DNA of 58,831 bases from Thermoanaerobaculia bacterium. GTDB taxonomy: Bacteria; Acidobacteriota; Thermoanaerobaculia; Gp7-AA8. The stretch is taken from positions 1-58,831 of the forward strand of contig JBAQWH010000652.1 in the NCBI GenBank assembly GCA_049298815.1, written 5' to 3'. The translations under genes were made by a program, and so were the position numbers. The notes below the pieces were generated by a model. It made no database searches, was not told the origin of the DNA, and saw nothing but the letters and a program-made list of their open reading frames with translations. Positions 10,355 to 18,733 of the stretch are shown here, one piece after another. Position 1 is the first letter of the stretch; each line of letters begins with the position of its first letter.

Positions 10355-10475
10355 TTCGGCCGGCAGAACCACCCGGAACGTCGAACCCTCGCCGAGCGTC
10401 GACTCGTCTGCCAGCTGTCCGTGATGCAGCTCGACGAATGCTTTCGTCAGCGAGAGACCGGGCCCGGTCGGGGAT
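10355..10475 (-). pseudogene. orphan C-terminal fragment of a histidine-kinase ATPase domain
   Basis: Minus-strand translation gives GPGLSLTKAFVELHHGQLADESTLGEGSTFRVVLPAE (G2 box plus the typical HATPase_c end). It has no upstream kinase body and is preceded by an in-frame stop. Confidence 0.4.
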
Positions 10476-10489
10476 CATCCATGATCTGC

Positions 10490-10807
10490 TCGGTCATCCA
10501 CGCAATGCTACTCCGCGGGACCGTCGGGGGAGTTGGTAGCGCATACGGGATTCGACGGCGTCGGTCCACAGAATCGAGGCACGTTGAATCAACAGGTTAC
10601 GGCTTCATGACACTGCGAGTGTCCCCGAGATGTCCCAAGTCGGATCACCGCTTCTTCAGCAACCGCTCGTGGATCTCGCGCGCGACGCGGATGACGGCTT
10701 CCGTCGTTTGTTCATCGACATCAGCCAGGCCCTCGTACTCGATGGAGTTCCGCTTTCGATGTGCGGCGTCGAGAACACGCCACTGTTCGGCCGCGAGGCT
10801 CAGCGTG
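10490..10807. repeat. 318-bp direct repeat, copy B (att-like fragment at 10528-10555 plus the 3' part of the intact HEPN-like gene)
   Basis: See copy A at 3081-3399. Confidence 0.85.
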
Positions 10808-11055
10808 TGAGGCAGCGTCTGGAAGACGAGGTAGCGGTTCTCGGAACGGTAGCCGTGATGACGAAGCGCGGCGAGTGCCAGAGCGTGAGCGGCGTTGTAC
10901 GCGAGATCGAAGCGACTCTCGATCGACAGGCCGGCATTCATCGCATCGTGCAGGCGGCGCTCGCCTGATCGGATCAGACTGTCGATCTCGGCGTCGTTCG
11001 GCTCCTCCGCCTTCAGACCTTTTCCGAGCAGGTTCTCAAGCTGACGCAGCGTCAT
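10645..11055 (-). CDS. HEPN-like helical protein, partner of the upstream nucleotidyltransferase (MNT/HEPN-type TA-like pair)
   Basis: 136-aa ORF overlapping the upstream NTase gene by 20 nt. Motif AHRKRNSIEYEG. Homologous to 27251-27685. Confidence 0.7.
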   Translation of the reverse strand: MTLRQLENLLGKGLKAEEPNDAEIDSLIRSGERRLHDAMNAGLSIESRFDLAYNAAHALALAALRHHGYRSENRYLVFQTLPHTLSLAAEQWRVLDAAHRKRNSIEYEGLADVDEQTTEAVIRVAREIHERLLKKR

Positions 11056-11701
11056 CGACGTCTCCCATCAGAACGATGTGTTCGCGGGAAAGTACCTTCT
11101 CGAGAAACGCGTTGCTTGCACGCCTCCTCCGCCGGAACTCGTCACGGGTGTACAGCGTCGGATTCACCTTACGATGGAGCCGCTTCTCTACCGCCGACAG
11201 CCGGCGGTAGAGCTCTTCGAGTGTCAGGTCATCCGCGACGATCAGCAGGTCGATGTCGCTGTCGGCGCGCTCCTCTCCACGAGCAACCGATCCGTAGAGA
11301 AGCGCGATCGCAACCTTCCGCTTGATCGGAGCCAGCGAGGTCTCGAGCTCCTGCGGGATGCCCATCGTCTTGCGCACGATGCCGCGAAGCTCTTCGTAGA
11401 TCGCGCTCTTTTCGTTCGCGCGGTAGTACGTTCGGCGACCCTCACGACGCATGACGAGGATTGCGGCGTTCGTGAGAGAGTCGAGCTCGCGCTGAAGCGA
11501 CGACGGCGAGGTGCCCATGGTCTCGGCCAGTTCGCTCAGGTACCACCAACGATCCGGTGTGCCGAGGGTCAGGGCGAGGAGCCGCTGCCGGATCGGAGGC
11601 ATCAACGCATCAGCGAGTGACTTCTTACGCACGGTGCGTAAATAATTACGCAGTTTGCGTAGCTTTACAACTGCACGAGACGGTCGCTTCCATGGGGACA
11701 C
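11036..11701 (-). CDS. winged-helix plus minimal nucleotidyltransferase (MNT-like) protein
   Basis: The NTase signature LLYGSVARGEERADSDIDLLIV follows an ArsR-like wHTH region. Homologous to 26608-27264. Confidence 0.8.
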   Translation of the reverse strand: MSPWKRPSRAVVKLRKLRNYLRTVRKKSLADALMPPIRQRLLALTLGTPDRWWYLSELAETMGTSPSSLQRELDSLTNAAILVMRREGRRTYYRANEKSAIYEELRGIVRKTMGIPQELETSLAPIKRKVAIALLYGSVARGEERADSDIDLLIVADDLTLEELYRRLSAVEKRLHRKVNPTLYTRDEFRRRRRASNAFLEKVLSREHIVLMGDVDDAASA

Positions 11702-11743
11702 ACACGGGGAGCGGAAGCGAACCTGTTGATTTTGTGAGGGTTA

Positions 11744-11761
11744 AGTTGGTAGCGCATACGG
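11744..11761 (-). repeat. short att-like copy of tRNA-Glu 3' end (copy 4)
   Basis: AGTTGGTAGCGCATACGG is identical to 13109-13126 (18 nt). Confidence 0.4.
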
Positions 11762-11877
11762 CGGCGAGCTGGCGAACCGGCTCGTTCGCCGAATCACAGA
11801 TGCTCTTCGGATCTACGGCGAGGTAGTGATGAGCGATCAGGCTGGGCGAGCGGTAGATTGTCGAGACTCGCCTGGCG

Positions 11878-12894
11878 TCACACGCTCATTACGATCTTTC
11901 CACGAGTGCGTTGCTTCAGCATCTCGACGAGAGCCGGGCCGACTTCGTGGATTGCAATCATCTGAAGAGCCGGCGGACGAATCGCTCCGCTCTCGAGCAG
12001 CGCGCTGAACGATGTACCGGCAGCGATGAGCGCCGCCATCCCCGCAGCGCCTCCGCGATAGCCGGCGCTCCCCAGGCTGAGCTGGTGGAACGTGAGTGCG
12101 CGTCCAAACGGCTCGTGGTACCGGCTGGGCCGCACGACGTCGACCAGCTCCACCATCTGACCGTCGTACGCGAGAGCGTTTGCGGCAGCGATGTCGTTGT
12201 TCGCGCCGACGGTGTCGATCGCCAGAGTCACGCCTCGGCCACTGGTGATCTCCATGACCGCAGCGGCCGCATCGGCGCTCGTGTAATCGACCACGTGACT
12301 GGCACCGAGGCTTCGGACGTATTCGACGTTCGAAGTGGAACAGGTGGCGATGATCGTCGTCAGCCCGAGGTGCCGCGCGATCTGGATCGCGAAGCCACCG
12401 ACGCCGCCCGATCCGCCGATCACCAGAAGTGAATCGGCCGGCCGCGCATGGAGTTTGTCGACGAGCGCGCGCCACGCCGTCCAGCCGGCACAGGGCGTCG
12501 ACGCTGCGATCGCGGCATCGACGTCGGGATGGCGGACGACAGCGGCGGAGTCCTGGAGCGCATACTCCGCGAACCCGCCTTGCGGCCGTGTGCGATTGCC
12601 GTGATAGAGGATGCGATCGCCCTCTTTCCATCGCGTCACGTTCGCGCCAACGGCCTCGATCCGTCCCGAGACATCGAGGCCCGGAACGAAGTTCGCTCCG
12701 TCGGGGACGCCAGCGATCCAGAGTCCGATCTTCGCGTCGACCGGATTGAGTCCGCACGCATCGACCTTCACGACCACGTCGTCCGGCCCCGGCGTTGGGA
12801 CCGGCAGGTCGCGAACCGCAAACGTCGCGCTGCTGCGGTCATACGTTACTGCGCGCATCGCCAGGCGGGAGTCTACCGCAGCATTCGAAGGCAC
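11878..12894 (-). CDS. zinc-type alcohol dehydrogenase / quinone oxidoreductase family (MDR) protein
   Basis: MRAVTYD...VVVKVDACGLNPVDAKI N-terminus and a GGSGGVGGFAIQIA Rossmann motif. The start may be the internal ATG at 12858. Confidence 0.85.
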   Translation of the reverse strand: MPSNAAVDSRLAMRAVTYDRSSATFAVRDLPVPTPGPDDVVVKVDACGLNPVDAKIGLWIAGVPDGANFVPGLDVSGRIEAVGANVTRWKEGDRILYHGNRTRPQGGFAEYALQDSAAVVRHPDVDAAIAASTPCAGWTAWRALVDKLHARPADSLLVIGGSGGVGGFAIQIARHLGLTTIIATCSTSNVEYVRSLGASHVVDYTSADAAAAVMEITSGRGVTLAIDTVGANNDIAAANALAYDGQMVELVDVVRPSRYHEPFGRALTFHQLSLGSAGYRGGAAGMAALIAAGTSFSALLESGAIRPPALQMIAIHEVGPALVEMLKQRTRGKIVMSV

Positions 12895-12945
12895 GCGTCC
12901 GCGCCGGACGGCCTCAGATCGGCGGACCGGGTGGGACTGTCGGGA

Positions 12946-13074
12946 TCACCGGTGCCTGCCACGTTTCCGCGTCCCTTCGGTCACGACGTCGAAGTGCCGG
13001 CGGGTTTCGGAATGAGCTGCGGCATTCTCCTGCCTCATGGTTTCGAGGAGGTGTTTAAGATCGTCGTCCGGCAT
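12946..13074 (-). pseudogene. 5' fragment of a paralog of the 108-aa coiled-coil gene
   Basis: Translation MPDDDLKHLLETMRQENAAAHSETRRHFDVVTEGTRK parallels MTDDDLKRLFDSMRQENAAAHSDTRRHFEVVAEGTRK. It then diverges and stops after 42 codons. Confidence 0.5.
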
Positions 13075-13111
13075 CGAGGCAATTCTACGGCGAGGAAAGA
13101 GGCGAGGGAGT

Positions 13112-13187
13112 TGGTAGCGCATACGGGATTCGAACCCGTGTTACCGCCGTGAGAGGGCGGCGTCCTAGACCCCTAGACGAATGCGCC
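13112..13187 (-). tRNA. tRNA-Glu (anticodon CUC), CCA encoded
   Basis: 76-nt cloverleaf folded by hand. Acceptor GGCGCAT/ATGCGCT, anticodon stem CCGCC/GGCGG with loop CUCUCAC, T arm ACGGG-TTCGAAT-CCCGT, 3' ACCA. Confidence 0.9.
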
Positions 13188-13459
13188 AGATTGGCAGGGA
13201 CGCGGAAGATACCGGAGGTAACCTCCACAGTCAAGCGCGGTTAACTCATGGAAAGGCAGGCACATTCCCGCCTCCCCACCCGATGCTGCCGCTGGATGAC
13301 AAGTTTCCGTTTCCGCTCGGTTTCCAGCCACGACACCCTTTGGATGGAAGGGTTTTGCTAGTGACCTTGCTAGTGGCGGGTGGAGCGTTCTCCGCGTCCA
13401 TGCCGACGAGTTATTTGGCACCGACGCTCGCACGGCATGGACGCCGAGTAGACGCGGAC

Positions 13460-14191
13460 CTAGCGAAGCCCAGCCCAATCGACGTTGAGGACCTGCCTCA
13501 GCCGGAACGCCCGAGCGTCACGGATGTGCCTTAGCCGATACGCACCGTTCACCGATCCAACCGGCTGCATCAGAACCGCGAACTGGACGTCCTCGATCGC
13601 AAACTGCCCGCCGATCACCATTCCATCGCGCTTTTCGCCAACGCCACCATCCGCCGTGAGGACCGCTACGCGCAGCACCGAGGTCGGTGAGTCGTTGAGG
13701 TTCGACGTTCCCTGCAAGAGGTAAAGGCCGCAACCATCGGGAAACGCGGTGCGCCCAAAGACAGAAGTCACCCATCCAGCAGGAACGCACCAGCGTTCGC
13801 CGCTTGGAGTCCGGCGAGCGAACGCAAGGTTGATCACCGTCTTCAGCATCCAGCGCTCAACCAATGCGCCGTCGACGCGGTACACGTCGACGCCGCCACG
13901 CTTCCGGGCTCCCCGCGCCCGCATACCTGCGCGATACTTGAAAGCCTTCAGCACTCGGAAGAAGTCCCCGGCGGCGGCATCCAGAGGAGAAAGCAACTCG
14001 TTGTGCCGCTTGCAGAGCACCTTCGCCACCAGCCTCTCCGCGCTGATGGTCGCTGCCCTGCCCCCGAGCGACCTGAGACCGCTGACGACCACCTCGCCTG
14101 TGCCGATGATCGACCGTGAGAGGTAGTGCTCGCGCGACTGGACAGCATCGCAGTCGCCGAGTGCGGCAGCCCAGCAGCGCATGCTGGCCAT
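13460..14191 (-). CDS. hypothetical protein with an HNH-like N-terminal motif
   Basis: 243-aa ORF. C..GDC, SREHYLSRS and CKRHNELLSPLD resemble the Cys/His-Asn pattern of HNH nucleases. Weak motif-only call. Confidence 0.5.
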   Translation of the reverse strand: MASMRCWAAALGDCDAVQSREHYLSRSIIGTGEVVVSGLRSLGGRAATISAERLVAKVLCKRHNELLSPLDAAAGDFFRVLKAFKYRAGMRARGARKRGGVDVYRVDGALVERWMLKTVINLAFARRTPSGERWCVPAGWVTSVFGRTAFPDGCGLYLLQGTSNLNDSPTSVLRVAVLTADGGVGEKRDGMVIGGQFAIEDVQFAVLMQPVGSVNGAYRLRHIRDARAFRLRQVLNVDWAGLR

Positions 14192-14209
14192 GCTACTCGG
14201 TCGGGCGCC

Positions 14210-14455
14210 TCAGAGCGCTTTCGGCGCCGCTTCGAGCACCCCGACCAGTTCCCGAAGTTCGTCGTCTGTAGCTCCACGAAGCCGGGCCTCGTTCACCGCA
14301 ACAACCTCTGAGTAGCGCCATGCGACCATGCGCACTCCCAGACGTATCGGAGCCGGGAAGAGACGCTCGCCGATCCTCATGTAGAGCGGCGCCCCTATCG
14401 GTTGCCCTTTCCGATCCTTGGCGCGGCGGAGCCTGCTCACGCAAAGCATGAACAC
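14210..14455 (-). CDS. AlpA-like HTH regulator/excisionase (putative)
   Basis: FPAPIRLGVRMVAWRYSEVV resembles the AlpA signature G.FP.P..LG.R.V.W...EV. The start codon is uncertain. Confidence 0.45.
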   Translation of the reverse strand: MFMLCVSRLRRAKDRKGQPIGAPLYMRIGERLFPAPIRLGVRMVAWRYSEVVAVNEARLRGATDDELRELVGVLEAAPKAL

Positions 14456-14473
14456 CGTAGAAGCTCCGTGGAC

Positions 14474-17365
14474 CTACTTGACCCCGTCTCTGAGATCCTG
14501 AACGTGTGCAGTCTTCATCACCGTTGTGCTGGCGGTGATCGTTGCATCGGTGTAGGTCACAGCGGTTAGGCCGATTGCTGCCCGTGCCTCGTCCAGAGCC
14601 GACCGGAGATCGGCGATGTCTATTCTTCGTATCAACGTTCCGGAAGCGATCGAATTCGTGTACGACGCGGCGCCCAGCCCCTTCGCCGCGCGCATCGCAT
14701 TGACCGCCTTCCGGAGTTGCGTGATGTGTGCCGCCCTGATGATTCCGCCGATGGTCAGCGGATCATCAGTGAACAGGATGGTCGTCGCCACGTCGATGGT
14801 GCTGAACGCGGAGGATGCACCGCTCACCAGTGCGCGCACTTTGTAGAGGTAGGTCGTGTCAGGACTCAACCCTATGTCCGTGGTTTCCGAACCATTGACG
14901 GTCTTCAGACTGGCGTACTCGGTGTTGCCAGTGCTCCGGAAGATTTCGTAGCCAGTTGCCCCGATGACTCCAGTCCACGCAAGGCTCACCGCCGTCGTGT
15001 TGATTGCTGTCGCGGAGAACCCAGCGGGCGCTGCGAGAACGGTGGCCGTCGAGTCCACTGACGTCACACTCGACGCCGAGGCGTCCGTCGCGGTTAGCCG
15101 GAACGTGAAGAGGCCCGGCGCGTCCGGTGTGAAGGTCGGATTGCGGACTGTCGCAGAAGAGAGGTTCGCGGTGGAATCGACCGGGCGGCGAATCACAGTC
15201 CATTGCCATGAGGTCGCTCTCCGGGGCGAGGTGTCCAGCTGCCTCGTGGCGAGTACCGGGCCGGTTGTCAGGTCTATCGTAGCGACGTCTGCGAGGGCGG
15301 CTTTTCCGACTCGGATCTTGTTATTGCTCGAATCGGCGATGAAGACGTTCCCGCTGATGTCGGTTGCTACTCCGCTGGGATCTCGAAACCGCGCTGCGCT
15401 TCCCGGCCCGTCCTCACTCCCGTGAGTTCCCACAAGACCCGCGAGCGTGGTGACCTCTCCCGATGGGCTGATCTTCCGGATCGTGCTGTTGGCCTTATCG
15501 GTAACGTAGACATTCCCGCCGCTGTCGGTTGCCACTGCGTTCGGTCTGTGGAACCGCGCCGCGCTCCCCACACCGTCGGCGCTCCCGTCGGCTCCCGCAA
15601 GACCCGCGAGCGTGGTGACCTCTCCCGATGGGCTGATCTTCCGGATCGCACTCGCCTGATCGGCGACGTAAACGTATCCGCTGCTGTCCGTTGCCACTCC
15701 GCTTGGAGAGCTGAACCGCGCTGCGCTCCCAATGCCGTCCGCACTCCCGTCGGCTCCCGCAAGACCCGCGAGCGTGGTTACCTCTCCCGCTGGGCTGATC
15801 TTCCGGATCGTCTTGTTCCATGTGTCGGCGACGTAGACGTTCGGGTTCGCGCCGCCGTCAGTTGCTATTCCGATCGGAACGTTGAACCGAGCTGCGCTTC
15901 CCGCCCCATCGGCACTCCCTGAGACTCCCGCAAGACCCGCCAGCGTCGTGACAGTTCCGCCCGGCGTGATCTTCCGGACGGCGTGATTTCCCTGATCGGC
16001 AACGTAGATGTTGCCGCTGATGTCGGTTGCCACTCCGCATGGATAGTTGAAGCGCGCTCCGCTTCCGTCCCCGTCGGCACTTCCAAAGACTCCCACAAGA
16101 CCTGCCAGTGTGGAGACGACTCCCACTGGCGTGATCTTGCGGATCGTGTGGTTGTACATATCGGAGACATAGACGTTCCCGCTGCTATCGGTTGCCACTC
16201 CCCACGGATTGTTGAACCGCGCCGCGCTCCTCACGTCGTCGGTACTACCGATGCTTGGCGCAAGACCCGCGAGCGTGGTGACCTCTGCCGCTGGGGTGAT
16301 CTTTCGGATCTTATTGTTGCCCTGATCGGCAACGTAGATGTTCCCGCTGCTGTCGGTTGCCACTTGGCTCGGAGAGGCAAACCGCGCGGCGCTCCCCACA
16401 CCGTCGGCACTCCCATAATATTGTGACCCCGCCAGAGTCGTGACCTGTCCGTCTGGGGTGATCTTTCGGATCTTTTGGTTGAACGTATCACCCACATAGA
16501 CGTTCCCGCCGCTGTCGGTTGCGACTCCCCACGGCTGGGAGAATCGAGCCGCGCTCCCTGCGCCGTCGGCGGCTCCCCCGATAAACGACGCAAACCCGGC
16601 CAGTGTAGTGACCTCTCCCGTCGGCGTGATCTTCCGAATCGTATTGTTGACTTGATCGGCAACGTAAACGTTCCCGCCGCTGTCGGTTGCCACTCCGATC
16701 GGGTTGTAGAAACGCGCCGCGCTCCCTATCCCGTCCGCACTCCCGGCGGCTCCCGCAAGACCCGCGAGGGTGGTTACCTCTCCCGCTGGGCTGATCTTCC
16801 GGATCGTATTGTTGCGCCGATCGGCAATGTAGACGTTTCCTCTGCTGTCGGTTGCCACTCCGCTCGGTAGGGAGAACCGCGCCGCGCTCGCTATCCCGTC
16901 CGCACTCCCGGCGGCTCCCGCAAGCCCCGCGAGGGTGGTTACCTCTCCCGCTGGGCTGATCTTCCGGATCGTATGATTGAACTCATCGGCGACATATACG
17001 TTTCCGCTACTATCGGTCGCCAGCCCGAAAGGAAAGTCGAACCGCGCAATGCTCCCCGTCCCGTCGGCATTTCCGGCGTTTCCGGCCAGACCTGCCAGCG
17101 TGGTGACCGCCCCAGAAGGGGTAATCTTCCGGATCGTATGGTTTCGCGTATCCGCGACATAGACGTTTCCGCTGCCGTCGACTGCCACTCCGCTCGCAGA
17201 GCGAAACCGCGCAGCGCTCCCCGTCCCGTCCTCAAATCCTCCCCCCCCTTCCGGACCGGCGAAGGTCGTAAAGGTCAGAGCCTGACCCAACATGGCCGGC
17301 GGAGTCGAGAGGAATGCAAATACAACCAGAACTTCCGCGAAACTTCGCTTCAGGAGAAAAGACAT
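14474..17365 (-). CDS. secreted NHL-repeat protein with a C-terminal fibronectin-III-like domain
   Basis: The start was moved to MSFLLKRSFAEVLVVFAFL (signal-like). There are twelve GNVYVAD..N.TIRKI.P.G.VTTLAG units, then FSATAINTTAVSLAWTGVIGATGYEIFR (Fn3-like). Confidence 0.85.
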   Translation of the reverse strand: MSFLLKRSFAEVLVVFAFLSTPPAMLGQALTFTTFAGPEGGGGFEDGTGSAARFRSASGVAVDGSGNVYVADTRNHTIRKITPSGAVTTLAGLAGNAGNADGTGSIARFDFPFGLATDSSGNVYVADEFNHTIRKISPAGEVTTLAGLAGAAGSADGIASAARFSLPSGVATDSRGNVYIADRRNNTIRKISPAGEVTTLAGLAGAAGSADGIGSAARFYNPIGVATDSGGNVYVADQVNNTIRKITPTGEVTTLAGFASFIGGAADGAGSAARFSQPWGVATDSGGNVYVGDTFNQKIRKITPDGQVTTLAGSQYYGSADGVGSAARFASPSQVATDSSGNIYVADQGNNKIRKITPAAEVTTLAGLAPSIGSTDDVRSAARFNNPWGVATDSSGNVYVSDMYNHTIRKITPVGVVSTLAGLVGVFGSADGDGSGARFNYPCGVATDISGNIYVADQGNHAVRKITPGGTVTTLAGLAGVSGSADGAGSAARFNVPIGIATDGGANPNVYVADTWNKTIRKISPAGEVTTLAGLAGADGSADGIGSAARFSSPSGVATDSSGYVYVADQASAIRKISPSGEVTTLAGLAGADGSADGVGSAARFHRPNAVATDSGGNVYVTDKANSTIRKISPSGEVTTLAGLVGTHGSEDGPGSAARFRDPSGVATDISGNVFIADSSNNKIRVGKAALADVATIDLTTGPVLATRQLDTSPRRATSWQWTVIRRPVDSTANLSSATVRNPTFTPDAPGLFTFRLTATDASASSVTSVDSTATVLAAPAGFSATAINTTAVSLAWTGVIGATGYEIFRSTGNTEYASLKTVNGSETTDIGLSPDTTYLYKVRALVSGASSAFSTIDVATTILFTDDPLTIGGIIRAAHITQLRKAVNAMRAAKGLGAASYTNSIASGTLIRRIDIADLRSALDEARAAIGLTAVTYTDATITASTTVMKTAHVQDLRDGVK
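15302..17221 (-). repeat. twelve tandem NHL-coding units (about 57-59 codons each)
   Basis: The periodic protein repeat is visible in the translation. The DNA units are related but diverged. Confidence 0.8.
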
Positions 17366-17502
17366 GGATCGCCTTTCAAACAAACGAACGAAAAGGCCGC
17401 AAGCTGTTTTCACTATATCTCTAACTGGAGTTGACCCCGTTTACGTGGACATCTGACTATCAGGGAGAGCCACGATTCCGACGGTCTCCTCGGCCTCCCC
17501 TC

Positions 17503-17724
17503 ATGTCAATGCTCCGAGCCTTCGCAGGCGATCCACCGGAGCCGATGACGAGGGAGGACTACGAGCGCGTGCAGCGGAGGGTGCGAGCCTCTTTCAAAGG
17601 CGACGTGCTCGTCGACCGAGCTGACGTACTACTCCTGCTCGATGAGATCCGCTGGGTGAAGCGACGCCTACGTCGGGTAGAGCACGTGATCGAGCCGCTC
17701 GTCGAGGCGATCACCCACCGGTAG
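17503..17724 (+). CDS. small hypothetical protein, paralog of 48777-49001
   Basis: MSMLRAFAGDPPEPMTREDYERVQRRV...IEPLVEAITHR parallels MTILGALAGEPPEPMTRTDFERVQMRM...IEPLVEAITMSI. Confidence 0.5.
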   Translation: MSMLRAFAGDPPEPMTREDYERVQRRVRASFKGDVLVDRADVLLLLDEIRWVKRRLRRVEHVIEPLVEAITHR

Positions 17725-17773
17725 CGGGCAGAACATCAAACATCGTCGACATCGAGCACCGCGTGAGCGCACC

Positions 17774-18655
17774 TCACTTCGTGCTCTCCTCGTATGCCTT
17801 GCGCAGCAGCTCCCGAAGCAGCGGCGCATGCTTCTGGACGTCGTTCTTCCCCAACCTGATGCGGTAGCGACCCCACTGGCTGTCGTAGTCCATGACGTCC
17901 AAGCCAGCTTCCTCCAGAAGGTGCTGCGTCTCGTCTGAGCGTTCGAGACGGGGCTCAAGCCGTACCCAGTCCTTCTTGGGCCGGAAGAGCACAAAGTTGT
18001 TGGGCTGCCCATTCCGCGCTAGGCCGATGTAGAACTTGTTGTACTTCGGTCCGAGCTGGGGGTCGAGTTCACGCACGATCGAGACGAGCGAGTCCGTCGC
18101 TTCCAGCGTCGTCTTCCCAGCCCGACGTTCCCAGTAGGCTCGGTCCGTCGTCTCCTGTACTTCCTCGTCCTCGTCGACCAGCCCGAGCTTCATCTCGTTC
18201 AAGACCGTGGTGAACACCAGCGAGACGTTGTCGCCGATGCGGTACGCCTGCATCTGGATCGCCACCAGAGGAATGAACCCGTTGAAGAGGCCGATGACGT
18301 TCAGGAAGCGGCTCGTGATCACCTCGGCCACGATGACAGCCGTGTGGTCGTACTGCGGGTATCTCTTCCGCTCGATGTCCCAATACTCGATTGCCCGAAT
18401 GATGTGGGACTCGTCGGTCTTACCGAGCTGGATTTCGATCTCGTACCGGTGCTTGCTCTCTGCATCCTGACAGAGGAGATCGAGCCTTCCGGCCTGCGGG
18501 TGTGTTCGCTGTCGATCTCGGACGACGAGTTCGCCGAGTCCGAGAAGAGATGGATCTTCGGCGATCCGTTCCTCCACCCACCGCTCGTTCAGCTCCGTGT
18601 GGTTCGCGAAATTGACGCGTTCAGGCTTGACGTACTTGATAGCCATTTTTGTCAT
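17774..18655 (-). CDS. PD-(D/E)xK-like (NucS/DUF91-like) nuclease-fold protein with a C-terminal extension
   Basis: GRLDLLCQD...RYEIEIQLGK core. The start was chosen at MTKMAIKY. Motif-level call only. Confidence 0.65.
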   Translation of the reverse strand: MTKMAIKYVKPERVNFANHTELNERWVEERIAEDPSLLGLGELVVRDRQRTHPQAGRLDLLCQDAESKHRYEIEIQLGKTDESHIIRAIEYWDIERKRYPQYDHTAVIVAEVITSRFLNVIGLFNGFIPLVAIQMQAYRIGDNVSLVFTTVLNEMKLGLVDEDEEVQETTDRAYWERRAGKTTLEATDSLVSIVRELDPQLGPKYNKFYIGLARNGQPNNFVLFRPKKDWVRLEPRLERSDETQHLLEEAGLDVMDYDSQWGRYRIRLGKNDVQKHAPLLRELLRKAYEESTK

Positions 18656-18733
18656 CGTACGTGACCGCCCTAGCATCGTGGTGCGGTCGGATGAGGGTCA
18701 TGAACGATAAGGACATATGAGCGGGATGCTCGC

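Noticed and set aside
10152-10424. Plus-strand ORF reading RILIVDDQE, which looks like the start of a receiver domain after the kinase.
   Set aside because: The match comes from a near-palindromic DNA stretch (10331-10350) that reads LIVDDQ-like on both strands. Nothing receiver-like follows, and the ORF mostly overlaps the kinase 3' end.
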